A stretch of 64,000 nt of DNA from an uncultured Rhodovulum sp. (lineage in GTDB: Bacteria > Pseudomonadota > Alphaproteobacteria > Rhodobacterales > Rhodobacteraceae). Shown in pieces: positions 29,670 through 39,868 of this stretch. Location of the stretch: contig CAZESN010000001.1 of NCBI GenBank assembly GCA_964514775.1, forward strand, positions 5,224 to 69,223. Direction: 5' to 3'. The translations under genes were made by a program, and so were the position numbers. The stretch's first letter is position 1; each line of letters opens with the position of its first letter. The notes under the pieces are model-generated. The model did not search any database. It was not told where the DNA came from and saw only the letters and a program-made list of their open reading frames with translations.

Positions 29670-31318
29670 GGGGCAGTCCTGATCCTGGCTTGATGATCCT
29701 CGGACTGGTCTTCCCACTTGGGTCGCGGGGTCGCGTTGACCAGCCTCTGCGTATAGGGGTGCTGCGGGTCGGTGAAGATCGCGTGGGTCTGTCCCTGCTC
29801 CACCACTTGCCCGTCCTTCATCACCAGCACGCGGTTGGCGAAGTGACGCACGACATGAAGATCATGCGAGATGAAGATGTAGGAGATCCCCAGACGGTCC
29901 CGCAGATCGGCCAGGAGCGCGATGACCTGCGCCTGGATCGAGAGATCGAGGGCAGAGACGGCTTCGTCGCATATGATGAGCTCGGGCTCGCTGGCGAGCG
30001 CACGGGCGATGGCGATACGCTGGCGCTGGCCGCCGGAAAACTCGTGGGGATAGCGGTAGGCATGCTCGGGCTTGAGCCCGACCAGTTCAAGAAGCTCCAC
30101 GATCCGTTCCTGCCAGCGGGCACGGGGCAAGATATCCGTATGTACCGTCCACGGCTCGGAGATGACGCGGCCGATCGTCATGCCGGGGTTCAGGGAAGAA
30201 TAGGGATCCTGGAAGACCATCTGGAGGCTCCGCCGGAACCGCCGCTGATCGGCCTGGTTCATGTCCAGAAGGTTCTTGCCGCGATAGAATACGCTGCCGC
30301 TTGTTGCCATATCGAGCAACATGAGCACCCGCGCCATCGTCGACTTTCCCGACCCGGACTCCCCGACGATAGCCAGCGTCTCGCCGCGACGGACCGCAAA
30401 GTTCGCGTCCCTCACGGCGTTCAGAACACCAGGGCGGGAGAAAGCCTGAGGTATGTAGTAGTCCTTGCACAGGTTCTCGACGCGCAGCAGCACCTCGGCA
30501 TCGGCGACCGCATCCGTCTTGTTTGCCGTCTCGTCAGGGCGGGCGTCGAGAAGCCGCCCGGTGTATGGATGCGCCGGCGCCTCGAAGACCTGGCGCACGG
30601 GTCCGGTCTCGACGATCCGGCCACCATGCATCACCGCCACGCGATCCCCCATGTTGGCCGCCACGGACAGGTCATGCGTGATCAGCATGACCGACATGCC
30701 CATCTCGCGGCTCGTCTCGCGGAGCAACTCGAGGATCTCTTTCTGAACGGTAACATCGAGGGAGGTCGTCGGCTCGTCGGCGATCAGAAGATCCGGCTTC
30801 ATGACCATAGCCATGGCGATCATCACCCGCTGGCGCTGTCCGCCTGAAAACTGGTGCGGATACTGCCGCGCGCGTCGCTCGGGCTCGGGGATCCCGACCC
30901 GGCGCAGGATCGACACGGCCCGCGCCCAGGCATCGGACTGACTTGCCACGCCGTGGGCAACCATCGCTTCGACGATCTGCCGGCCGACCGTGTGGAGCGG
31001 GTGCAGATGCACCAGAGGATCCTGGAAGATGATGCTGATCTTGCGACCGTTGATCTTCTCGCGCTGTGCATCCGTAAGCTTCAGCAGGTCCTTGCCCTCG
31101 AAGAGCACCTCGCCGCTGGTCACGTCGGCCGGCGGCTTGTCGATCAGATCCATGATCGTGGATGCCGTGACGCTCTTGCCGGAGCCGCTCTCGCCAAGAA
31201 TAACGAGCGTCTCACCCCGATCGATATGAAAGCTCACGTCGTGTAGCACCTCGATCGGCGCGGCATCCGTGAAGAAGCGAACACTGAGGTTCCGCACCTC
31301 GAGAAGATGCCCGCTCAT
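29666..31318 (-). CDS. Dpp/Opp-type ABC ATPase with fused double NBD
   Basis: Two GESGSGKS and two [12 protein letters not shown] motifs. Confidence 0.93.
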   Translation of the reverse strand: MSGHLLEVRNLSVRFFTDAAPIEVLHDVSFHIDRGETLVILGESGSGKSVTASTIMDLIDKPPADVTSGEVLFEGKDLLKLTDAQREKINGRKISIIFQDPLVHLHPLHTVGRQIVEAMVAHGVASQSDAWARAVSILRRVGIPEPERRARQYPHQFSGGQRQRVMIAMAMVMKPDLLIADEPTTSLDVTVQKEILELLRETSREMGMSVMLITHDLSVAANMGDRVAVMHGGRIVETGPVRQVFEAPAHPYTGRLLDARPDETANKTDAVADAEVLLRVENLCKDYYIPQAFSRPGVLNAVRDANFAVRRGETLAIVGESGSGKSTMARVLMLLDMATSGSVFYRGKNLLDMNQADQRRFRRSLQMVFQDPYSSLNPGMTIGRVISEPWTVHTDILPRARWQERIVELLELVGLKPEHAYRYPHEFSGGQRQRIAIARALASEPELIICDEAVSALDLSIQAQVIALLADLRDRLGISYIFISHDLHVVRHFANRVLVMKDGQVVEQGQTHAIFTDPQHPYTQRLVNATPRPKWEDQSEDHQARIRTAP

Positions 31319-32244
31319 GGACGCCCGCCTCCGCGCACGAATGAAAGACGCCAACGCTGGTGCGGGTCCGTCGCGATGCGAAGCCAGCTGGCAAGCAGAT
31401 TTAGCGCGAGTGTTGTCAGCATGATGCAAAGGCCCGGGAAGAACGACAGCCACCAAGCCGTCTGCAGATACTGTCGGCCGGAAGCGACCATCGCCCCCCA
31501 GGTGAAGCTCGGCGGCTGGATACCGAGACCGAGGAAGCTCAGCCCTGACTCAGCCAGGATAACGCCGGCGAAGTTGATCGCCGCCACGGTGATCAGGGTG
31601 GGCGCCACGTTCGGGAGGATGTGGCGAGTGACGATAGCGAAGGTGCCGACGCCGAGCGTGCGCGCGGCGCTGACGAACATGCGCTCGCGAACCTCGAGCG
31701 TCTCTGCGCGCGCCGTGCGGATGTAGAGTGGCAGCGCGCCCACAGCGAGGATGACGACCACGTTTATAAGGCTGGGGCCTATGATGTAGAGAATGATCAG
31801 CGCCAGCAGCAGCGTGGGGAAGCTGATGATCACATCGGTGGTCCGCATGATCACAGTGCTGACCCAGCCACCGAGATAGCCCGCGATGATTCCGAGGAAT
31901 CCGCCCACGGTCAGCGCGACCAGGACCGCGCAGGAGGCAATCGCGAGGCTGGTCTGGGCTCCGGCAACCAGGCGGGCAAGCATGCTTCGTCCGAGATTGT
32001 CGGCGCCCAGCACGTAGACCGGACCATGCTCCAGCGAAAACGGCGGCAGGTTGCGCATGCGCAGATTTATGCTGGTAGCCGCGTCCCAAAGGAGAAACGG
32101 GCCAATCACGGCGCAGACGACCAGCAGGATAAGGAAGATCGCCGATACCGTTGCGAACCGATCGCGCAACAGCATCCTGAGCGTGCGACTGACCTTGCCT
32201 TTACGGGCACGGCCTCGGGTCGACGGAGGGGAGATCTCACTCAT
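31315..32244 (-). CDS. DppC/OppC-like permease
   Basis: LGADNLGR, EAA loop, RHILPN and LSFLGLG motifs. Confidence 0.92.
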   Translation of the reverse strand: MSEISPPSTRGRARKGKVSRTLRMLLRDRFATVSAIFLILLVVCAVIGPFLLWDAATSINLRMRNLPPFSLEHGPVYVLGADNLGRSMLARLVAGAQTSLAIASCAVLVALTVGGFLGIIAGYLGGWVSTVIMRTTDVIISFPTLLLALIILYIIGPSLINVVVILAVGALPLYIRTARAETLEVRERMFVSAARTLGVGTFAIVTRHILPNVAPTLITVAAINFAGVILAESGLSFLGLGIQPPSFTWGAMVASGRQYLQTAWWLSFFPGLCIMLTTLALNLLASWLRIATDPHQRWRLSFVRGGGRP

Positions 32245-33158
32245 CGATTATACCTGATACGGGGATCGACGAGGCCGTAGAGCACGTCGATCAGGATATT
32301 GAGAGCGAAGATCCCGATGGCCACGACAAGCACCGCGGACTGAACCACCGCAAAGTCACGCTGCATGATCGCATCGATCAACGTCTTGCCCAGTCCGTTC
32401 AGGCCGAAGACGGTCTCCGCAATGATCGAGCCGTTGATCATGCCGATAGCGATGTCACCGGCGACAGTGATCACCGGAAGCAGCGAGCTCCGCAAAGCGT
32501 GTCGCAGGATGGCTCGGCGCCCCAGCCCCTTTGCCTTGGCCGTCTTCAGATAGGGCGAGGACAGAACGCTGATCATCGTGCCGCGGACGACTTGGGTCAG
32601 CAGGCCTGTTGGACGCAATGCCACGATGACGACCGGCATGATCCAGTATTCCGGGCCGCCGACGCCCGAGGTCGGCAGCCAGCCGAGGGCAACCGAGAAG
32701 ACGAGGACACCCATTATCGCAACCCAGAAGTCCGGGGCACTGGCGCCCGCCAGCGACAGAACCGTCGCGAGCCGGTCAAAGATGCCGCCGGGGCGATTTG
32801 CTGCCAGCGTGCCGACGATGAGCGCGACCACGATGGTGAGTGTCAGAGCCAGGGAGGCAAGGATCAGAGTGGTCGGCACGGCCTCGAAGACAGCATCCAT
32901 GGCGGAGCGCTGCTGGCGCAGCGAGATGCCGAAATCAAAGCGCAACAGTCCCTCCACGTATCTGAAGAACTGAACGTAAATGGGGTCAGCGTAGCCCATC
33001 TGCCGAGCGAATGCTTCCCGCTGCTCGGCGCTGGCTTCTTCGGATAGATACAGCGCAGCGGGGTCGCCGGTCAGGCGTGTCAGTATGAAAACTGCCACCA
33101 GCAGGCCAACCAGCGCGACCAGCGAGTTCAACCCGCGACGCAGGACAAATTGGAGCAT
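32241..33158 (-). CDS. DppB/OppB-like permease
   Basis: GDPA, PDFW, TAKAKGL, HALR, ETVF...GLG and RDFAVVQ motifs. Confidence 0.92.
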   Translation of the reverse strand: MLQFVLRRGLNSLVALVGLLVAVFILTRLTGDPAALYLSEEASAEQREAFARQMGYADPIYVQFFRYVEGLLRFDFGISLRQQRSAMDAVFEAVPTTLILASLALTLTIVVALIVGTLAANRPGGIFDRLATVLSLAGASAPDFWVAIMGVLVFSVALGWLPTSGVGGPEYWIMPVVIVALRPTGLLTQVVRGTMISVLSSPYLKTAKAKGLGRRAILRHALRSSLLPVITVAGDIAIGMINGSIIAETVFGLNGLGKTLIDAIMQRDFAVVQSAVLVVAIGIFALNILIDVLYGLVDPRIRYNR

Positions 33159-33188
33159 AAGGAATACCTTCCGCGCCTGGGAAACGAT

Positions 33189-33217
33189 AGCGCGCGACGC
33201 GCGTGGCATCGCGCGCT
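33189..33217 (-). terminator. stem-loop between SBP and permease
   Basis: AGCGCGCGA...TCGCGCGCT arms. Confidence 0.45.
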
Positions 33218-33225
33218 GCCTGATG

Positions 33226-34746
33226 CTAATTTAAAGTGATCTTCTGGAGCACGATTTGGGTGGCTGTCTCAGTTGAGGGCCGCCAGTCAAGACGCTCGGA
33301 CACGCGCGCAAACGAAACCATGTAGAACAGTGGAATGGCAACGGTGTGCTCCTGCACATACGCCAGCGCCTCCTGGAAGGCGGCCGTTCGCGCCTCGCCC
33401 GTCTGGACGAGCGCCTCGTCAATCATTGCATCCAGTTCAGGGTGAGTGAAGGTAGCCGACTGCATGTGAGCCGTAGAGTGGAAGTTAACAGAGCTAAAGG
33501 AGGCATCGCCGCGATCATTGTCCGACATGATCATGTTGATGTTCGGGCCGACGTCCTCGGGGAACGGACGGCTCTGGTAAATGGCGTGCCGGGCCCGTTC
33601 CATAATCTCCAGTGACACATTGAAGCCGACATCGTTGATCATTTGCGTGATAACCTCCATCACCTCCTCTGCGTTGGCGAAAAGGCCGATGCGACCAAAG
33701 AAGCGAATAGGAGTGCCGATATCGATGCCGTCGGCTTCAGCCTCAGCGAGCAACTCCCTGGCGCGTTCAGGATCATATCCGCGTTGCGGTATATCAGGGT
33801 TATGCCCATTGATCGCTGGTAGTGGAAGTTGGGCGGCAAGTAGTGTTTCTTCCGGCAGCACCGAGCCCAGCATCGCCTCGCGATCGATCGAGAGCGCCAT
33901 GGCTTCGCGCACACGCTGATCCGAGAGCGGCTCGAACCGGTCGTCGAGTCGTAGCCACGTCGTCTCGGTGTTAGTGTAGGCAAAGTCCGTCGCGGGGTTC
34001 GTGGCGTCCTGCGCCGAGAGCTCGAGTGCGATGTCGGCCTCGCCGGCTGCGACCATGGCGGCGCGAACGGCGGGCTCGTTGCGGAAAAGATAGGTCGCCT
34101 GCGACACCTGTGGCTGCTCGCCCCAGTAGTCAGGGTTGCGCTCCAGTACGATGCTCACGCCCGATGTCCATTCCCCGAGGACATAGGGACCGGTGCCGAC
34201 CGGATTGCGGGTGAGAGCATCTCTTTCCGAGTTCGGCGACATCATCGGGTAGAAAGCAAAGCCGAGATCAAGGATGGGTGCCGGTCGATCAGCCTTGATA
34301 TCCACCGTGTACTCGTCGATCGCCGAGGCCGTCAGCTTAACGGTATATGTGAACGACTTGTTGGTGACTGAGCAGTTGAACTCCTCCAACCGCTGGCCAC
34401 GCTCGATGCTCCAGACAACCGCATCGGCATTGAACGGCGTGCCGTCCGAGAAGACGACGCCCTCGCGCAGCGTCACGCGCCAAGTGTTGTCGCTGATCAG
34501 CTCCCAGGACAACGCGAGGCGAGGCGACAGGCCTCCGGTCTGGGGGTCGCGATCTAGCAGCGACTCCATGATGTTGTTCTTGGAGATCAGGCTCATCGCG
34601 GCATGGGCGTTTTCACACGGATCGAGCGTGTCCGGCTCGGCCCATCCGACGATGGTGATTGCCGTGCCCTCCTGCGCGAGTGCCCCGCCCGGCAAGGCTG
34701 CAACCGCCAGTGCGAGATACGCAACGGCTCCTAGGTTTCGTTTCAT
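33226..34746 (-). CDS. family-5 (peptide/nickel-type) ABC substrate-binding protein
   Basis: Signal peptide MKRNLGAVAYLALAVAALPGGALA; LREGVVFSDG, PVGTGPY and VREAM..IDRE motifs. Confidence 0.92.
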   Translation of the reverse strand: MKRNLGAVAYLALAVAALPGGALAQEGTAITIVGWAEPDTLDPCENAHAAMSLISKNNIMESLLDRDPQTGGLSPRLALSWELISDNTWRVTLREGVVFSDGTPFNADAVVWSIERGQRLEEFNCSVTNKSFTYTVKLTASAIDEYTVDIKADRPAPILDLGFAFYPMMSPNSERDALTRNPVGTGPYVLGEWTSGVSIVLERNPDYWGEQPQVSQATYLFRNEPAVRAAMVAAGEADIALELSAQDATNPATDFAYTNTETTWLRLDDRFEPLSDQRVREAMALSIDREAMLGSVLPEETLLAAQLPLPAINGHNPDIPQRGYDPERARELLAEAEADGIDIGTPIRFFGRIGLFANAEEVMEVITQMINDVGFNVSLEIMERARHAIYQSRPFPEDVGPNINMIMSDNDRGDASFSSVNFHSTAHMQSATFTHPELDAMIDEALVQTGEARTAAFQEALAYVQEHTVAIPLFYMVSFARVSERLDWRPSTETATQIVLQKITLN

Positions 34747-34833
34747 CCGATCCTCCCATTTATACAGGTTGATGATTGCCCCGGGAATGACAGCGATGCA
34801 GGCTGGGGTATCCTGCATCCTCGGCCCATGGCG

Positions 34834-35979
34834 TCAGGGATAGGCGGTCGCGCCATCGGGCTTGAAGACAATCCTGCGTTCCCAATGGACGTAGTCGTCG
34901 CTCGCAAGCACGCTTTCGTCGATTTCAACACCCCAGCCGGGGCGGTCCGGCCTCAACTCGAGATGACCGTCGACGGGAAGGTAGGGGTCCACACACCAGG
35001 GCGCGTGCGTGATCTCCTTGTATTCCAGGATCTTGAAGTTGGGCTGCGCCGCGCAAAAGTGGACGTTAACCGCGGTCGCGAGCGGCCCCATCGGATTGTG
35101 CGGCGCGATAGGGACGTAATGCGCCTCCGCGATGGCCGCGATGCGTCGCATCTCGCTGAGCCCGCCGACGACGCAGATGTCGGGCTGGATGATGTCGGCC
35201 CCGCGCCCCGCCAGCAAGGCGAGAAACTCGAAGCGGGAATAGAGCGATTCACCCGTCGCCAGCGGCACGCGCATTCGCGCCTTCATCTCGGTCCAGGCCG
35301 GCACGTGTTCGGGGCGGATCGGCTCCTCATAGAAGAGCGGATCGTAGGGGGCGATCGCGTCCGCGAGCTGGATGGCCTGATAGGGCTCCCAGATGCGGGC
35401 ATGCGCGTCAAAAGCATACTCGAAATGCGATGGTGTCCGCTTTCGAAGCTGACCGAAGTACTCGGCCGATTCCGCACAGACCTCGCCCCAGCGCCGATCG
35501 AACAAGCCGCCGCGGAAAGGGCTGAACTTGAAAGCGGTATAGCCCCACTTTTCGTTCTGCTCCTCGATGAAGCGAGCACCGGCATCGGCGTCCTTGGCCC
35601 GATAGCCACCAAGGGTTGCATAGACACGGATACGGTCGCGGACATTGCCACCCAGCAGCATGTAGACGGGCAGTCCCGCGGCTTTGCCCGCGATATCCCA
35701 CAGCGCGTGGTCGATCGCGGCGATCGCGGCGAAGCCGAGCGCGCCGGGCGGGAACCGAACCTGCTGGTTGAGCTTGTGGTTCACATACTCGATGCGCCGC
35801 GGGTCGACGCCCTCGATCTGCTTGAACATATACTCGAGCAGGGGCACCAGCGCCCAGTCCGGGCCGTGATTGTAGCACTCCCCCCAGCCCTTGAGGCCTT
35901 CATCCGTCTCGATGCAGACGAGGAGCCGAGGCCGCTCGTTGACCCGCTGCATGAATGTCCTGAGCGCCGTTATCTTCAT
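34834..35979 (-). CDS. mandelate racemase/enolase-superfamily dehydratase (DgoD-like)
   Basis: IETDEG..GWGE, ALWDIAGK, FKF, DAH, YEEP, ATGE, DIIQPD and APHNP motifs. Confidence 0.9.
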   Translation of the reverse strand: MKITALRTFMQRVNERPRLLVCIETDEGLKGWGECYNHGPDWALVPLLEYMFKQIEGVDPRRIEYVNHKLNQQVRFPPGALGFAAIAAIDHALWDIAGKAAGLPVYMLLGGNVRDRIRVYATLGGYRAKDADAGARFIEEQNEKWGYTAFKFSPFRGGLFDRRWGEVCAESAEYFGQLRKRTPSHFEYAFDAHARIWEPYQAIQLADAIAPYDPLFYEEPIRPEHVPAWTEMKARMRVPLATGESLYSRFEFLALLAGRGADIIQPDICVVGGLSEMRRIAAIAEAHYVPIAPHNPMGPLATAVNVHFCAAQPNFKILEYKEITHAPWCVDPYLPVDGHLELRPDRPGWGVEIDESVLASDDYVHWERRIVFKPDGATAYP

Positions 35980-36818
35980 CTTGCCCGCACCCATCCGTAT
36001 AGGATTCCGGTTAAGGGAAGAGCTTCCGCCGCGCCGGGGCGGCCCGCATTTGCCGCGACCTCACAGGGACCGGGCTGGCGAGCAGATACCGGCAGGATCC
36101 CGCCCCTCGGAGCGGCATCTGGATTGCGCCACTCATGAGCCAATTCGGCCGTTGCGGTCATATGCGCTCCTTCCCTTCCCTCGCGCGCAGAATGACCACA
36201 GCGAAGCAAATATGCAAACTATTTTTACATTTTATGGAGCCCCGCGGCCACCCGACACGGCCATATCGAGGAAAGTTGTCAGAACCGATGCGGTTGGGTG
36301 ACCTGCCGCCGGGATATAGCCAGAAAGATGTGTGATCAAAGCACAAATTGTGCTTGAGGCGTTTCGGCCGACAAATGTGGGTCCGCAGCGGCGCCGGTCA
36401 AGCTCGTCGTACTGCCGCGCCGGCCACGGCCACGGTGATCGTGGCCATGGATAAAGTGAGTGGCCAGAACTGAGAGGCATGCACTTTCAGTGCTTACCCG
36501 ACCGTAGCTCGCTGCAACCATGCACGATATGCACGGAGCGATTCGTCGGGTCAGGCCTTTGAGGGAAATCCTGCCACGGAAGCTTCGGTGCGAGGCGCCG
36601 CCACGACCCCTATTCGGCGAGATCCGGCGCGGCATCACCGTGGCAAAGACCGTCACCAGAGCAGGGCTGGCACTCAGATATCCTGGGGCCGCCCTCCCCC
36701 TTGCCCGTCTGCAAGCCGGCGCCGGCTTCGGCAGAAGGCGTGACGCCCCTGCTTCCCGCTATTCCTGCAAGCTACACTCCGGAAAGGAATCCCTTTAGCC
36801 GGTTCCCCCGGGGAATTG

Positions 36819-37853
36819 TCAGTTGAAGGCGATCTGCACCTTCATCTGGCGTGACCGGTCCGTCGCGGCTTCGAAAGCGCGCACGGCGTCTGCCAGCGGG
36901 TAGGTCGCGGTCAGCAGCGGCCGGACGTCGAGGCGCCGTCCGTTGAGCAGGTCGACGGCAAGGCCGAATTCATCATGGAAACGGAAGGCCCCCCGGATGT
37001 CGACCTCACGGCCGACAAGCGCGTTGTGCGGCAGGACGATCTCGCCACCGAGGCCGAGCTGTACCAGCACCCCGCGGGGGCGCAGGGCGGCGATGGCCGA
37101 ATTGAAGGCCGCCGGGCTGCCCGAAGCCTCGAACACCACGTCAACCGTCCCCTTGCCGACGGCGAGCGCCTCCAAGGCAGAGCCCTCTGTCGCGACGTTG
37201 ATGGTGCGGTCGGCCCCAACCTTGCGCACCAGTTCGAGCGGCGCGTCGAGCATGTCGGTGGCAATGACCTCGCGCGCGCCGTGCGCACGGGCGGCGAGCA
37301 CGCAGAGCGCGCCGATCGGGCCGCTGCCGGTTACCAGCACCCGCGCACCGAGAAGCGAACCCGCACGCGCGACCGCGTGCAGGGTCACCGCGAGCGGCTC
37401 GGCGAAGGCCCCCTCGGCGACGGTCACCCCGTTCTCGAGGCGGTGGCACTGGGTCGCATCGGCCACGAGATGCTGGCGGAAGGCGCCGTCCACATGCGGC
37501 ATGCGCATCGCACTGCCGTAGAAGCGCATGTCGAGGCACTGGTTCTGCTGGCCACGCAAGCAGTATTCACAGGCGTCGCAGGGCCGCGACGGCGACACCG
37601 CGACCGCATCACCGACCGCGAGACCATCGACGCCCGCACCGAGCGCGGTGATCGTGCCGGCAACCTCATGGCCGAGGATCATCGGCTGCTTCACCCGCAC
37701 CGCGCCGAAGCCGCCGTGGTGATAGTAGTGCAGGTCCGAGCCGCAGATCCCGCCGGCGCCGATAGCGACGGCGACCTCGCCGGGACCGGGCGCCTCGCTG
37801 GGCCGCTCCTCGATCCGGAGGTCCCTGGCGGAATGGATGACGATGGCCTGCAT
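36819..37853 (-). CDS. idnD: L-idonate 5-dehydrogenase-like Zn-dependent dehydrogenase
   Basis: GGICGSDLHYY, GHE, Cys cluster, MRFYGSAM..PHVDG and KVQIAF C-terminus; clustered with an idnO-like gene. Confidence 0.85.
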   Translation of the reverse strand: MQAIVIHSARDLRIEERPSEAPGPGEVAVAIGAGGICGSDLHYYHHGGFGAVRVKQPMILGHEVAGTITALGAGVDGLAVGDAVAVSPSRPCDACEYCLRGQQNQCLDMRFYGSAMRMPHVDGAFRQHLVADATQCHRLENGVTVAEGAFAEPLAVTLHAVARAGSLLGARVLVTGSGPIGALCVLAARAHGAREVIATDMLDAPLELVRKVGADRTINVATEGSALEALAVGKGTVDVVFEASGSPAAFNSAIAALRPRGVLVQLGLGGEIVLPHNALVGREVDIRGAFRFHDEFGLAVDLLNGRRLDVRPLLTATYPLADAVRAFEAATDRSRQMKVQIAFN

Positions 37854-37887
37854 GTGTCGGTCTCCGGTCGGCTGTCGTGGGGTCGCG

Positions 37888-38850
37888 CTAGACGACCGGC
37901 GTCGGCAGGGGCTTGCCTGCGAAATGCGCATCGAGGTTTGCGATGACCAGCCGGCCGATGTCCAGTCTGGTCTCGACGGTCGCAGCACCGATATGGGGTG
38001 CCACGACGACATCGGGTCGGTCGAGCAGCACGGCGGGCACCTCCGGCTCGTTCTCGAAGACATCGAGCGCGGCCCCCGCGATGCGCCCCTCGTCCAGCGC
38101 CGCGATCAGCGCAGCCTCATCCACGAGCGAGCCGCGCGCGATGTTGACGAGCATGCCCCGCGGTCCCAGCGCGCCGAGGACCCGGGCGTTCACGGCATGG
38201 AACGTCTCTGGCGTGGCGGCGGCGGCCACCACCAGGATCTCGCAGTCGGCCGCCAGCGCCTCGGCAGTCGGGTGGTAGTCGTAGGGCAGGTCCTGCGGCT
38301 TGCGACCGGTATAGGCGATCGCACATCCGAACGCCTCGAAACGCCTGGCGATGGCACGGCCGATCCGCCCCATGCCGAGGATCCCGACGCGCTTGCCGGA
38401 GACCTTGCGACCAAGGGGCATCTCGCCTCCCGCCCATTTGCCGTCACGGATGTAGCGCTCGCCCGCGGGGATCTTGCGCGCGAGGGCGATGGTGAGGCCG
38501 ATGGCGAAATCGGCCACGTCGTCGGTCAGGACGTCCGGCGTGTTGGTCACGCGGAAACCGCGTGACCTGGCCTGATCGAGATCGACCTTGTCGAAGCCCA
38601 CCCCGTTCACCGCCACGATCTCGAGCGCGGGCAGCGCCGCGGCGATCTCCGGGGCAAGCCCGATGTGGCCGCCGGTCAGCACCGCCCGTATCCGGGGACC
38701 GGTGTCGCGGAGGAAGGCGTCGCGGTCGGCGATCTCGAACCAGCGATGCACGGTGAAGCGGTCGGCAAGCGCCGCCTCGATCTCCGGCATCAGCGGGAAG
38801 GTCTGGAGAAGGTCGGGCCGATCCGCGCGGCCGTCACTCCGGGCCGTCAC
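37888..38850 (-). CDS. 2-hydroxyacid dehydrogenase (hydroxypyruvate/2-ketoaldonate reductase-like)
   Basis: GVGFD, VTNTPDVL, GMGRIG, NIARG, LDVFENEP and PHIG motifs. Confidence 0.9.
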   Translation of the reverse strand: MTARSDGRADRPDLLQTFPLMPEIEAALADRFTVHRWFEIADRDAFLRDTGPRIRAVLTGGHIGLAPEIAAALPALEIVAVNGVGFDKVDLDQARSRGFRVTNTPDVLTDDVADFAIGLTIALARKIPAGERYIRDGKWAGGEMPLGRKVSGKRVGILGMGRIGRAIARRFEAFGCAIAYTGRKPQDLPYDYHPTAEALAADCEILVVAAAATPETFHAVNARVLGALGPRGMLVNIARGSLVDEAALIAALDEGRIAGAALDVFENEPEVPAVLLDRPDVVVAPHIGAATVETRLDIGRLVIANLDAHFAGKPLPTPVV

Positions 38851-39830
38851 AGGCTGCCCCCGAGTTCGTCTTCGACATGGGCGCGGATGATCTCGGCAAA
38901 GGTCGCCTCGGCCCGGAATCCAAGCGAGAGCGCGAGCTCGGGCGCATAGTCCTCGGCCCAGCCCTCGACGATGCGGATGATGCGCTCGTCGGGCTCGCGG
39001 CGGATCAGCGCGACGGCCTTCTCGCCGGCCACCTCGCGCAGCGCCTCGATCTCCTCGGCCACGGTCGCGGAGAGGCCCGGCATGATCAGGTTGCGCCGGG
39101 TGACGAGACCCGAGAGGTCGATGGTGGCGCCGTGGAGGAGGAAGCCCACTGCCGCGCGCGGGCTTGCGAACCAGTGGCGCACGGTGTCGGCGACCGGAAG
39201 CACGGCCTCCTGGCCGACCAGCGGCTCGCGGAGGATGTTTGAGAAGAAGCCCGAGGCGGCAGCGTTCGGCTTGCCCGGACGGATGCAGATCGTGGGGAGG
39301 CGTATGCCGATGCCGTCAAAGATCCCCCGCCGCGAATAATCCGCGAGCAGAAGCTCGGTCATCGCCTTCTGGGTACCGTAGCTGGTGTGCGGGCTGGTCA
39401 GGAAGTCGTCGCCGATCACCTTCGGGAACGGCGGGCCGAAGACGGCAAGCGACGAGCAGAAGACGACGCGCGGGAAATAGGTCTCGCGCTCGCCCTCGAT
39501 CCGGATCGCGTCGAAGAGCGCGCGGCCACCGTCGAGGTTGACCGTGTAGCCCTTGACCAGGTTGGCCTCGGCCTCGCCGGAGACGATGGCGGCGAGATGA
39601 AAGATCACGTCGGGGCGGTCGGCGATCAGTGCCTCGGCCTGACCCGGCACCGAAAGATCGGTGGCCAGGGTCTCGACGGGACCCGCGAACCCGGCCGGCG
39701 CTTCGGGGAGGATCACGTCCGCGAGCGTCAGCGCCGCGACCGGCTTGCCGCCGATCGAGCCGTCACGAACGATACGCGCCACGAGCTTGCGGCCGATCAT
39801 GCCGGCCGCGCCGACTACCAGAACTTTCAT
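38847..39830 (-). CDS. denD: D-erythronate dehydrogenase-like NAD-dependent epimerase/dehydratase
   Basis: GAAGMIG, FHLAAIVSGEAE, SYGTQK and RPGKPNAAASGFFS..REP motifs. Confidence 0.78.
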   Translation of the reverse strand: MKVLVVGAAGMIGRKLVARIVRDGSIGGKPVAALTLADVILPEAPAGFAGPVETLATDLSVPGQAEALIADRPDVIFHLAAIVSGEAEANLVKGYTVNLDGGRALFDAIRIEGERETYFPRVVFCSSLAVFGPPFPKVIGDDFLTSPHTSYGTQKAMTELLLADYSRRGIFDGIGIRLPTICIRPGKPNAAASGFFSNILREPLVGQEAVLPVADTVRHWFASPRAAVGFLLHGATIDLSGLVTRRNLIMPGLSATVAEEIEALREVAGEKAVALIRREPDERIIRIVEGWAEDYAPELALSLGFRAEATFAEIIRAHVEDELGGSL

Positions 39831-39868
39831 CTCTGTCTCCGTTGGGCGCAAAGGGCGGGCCGGGCGGT

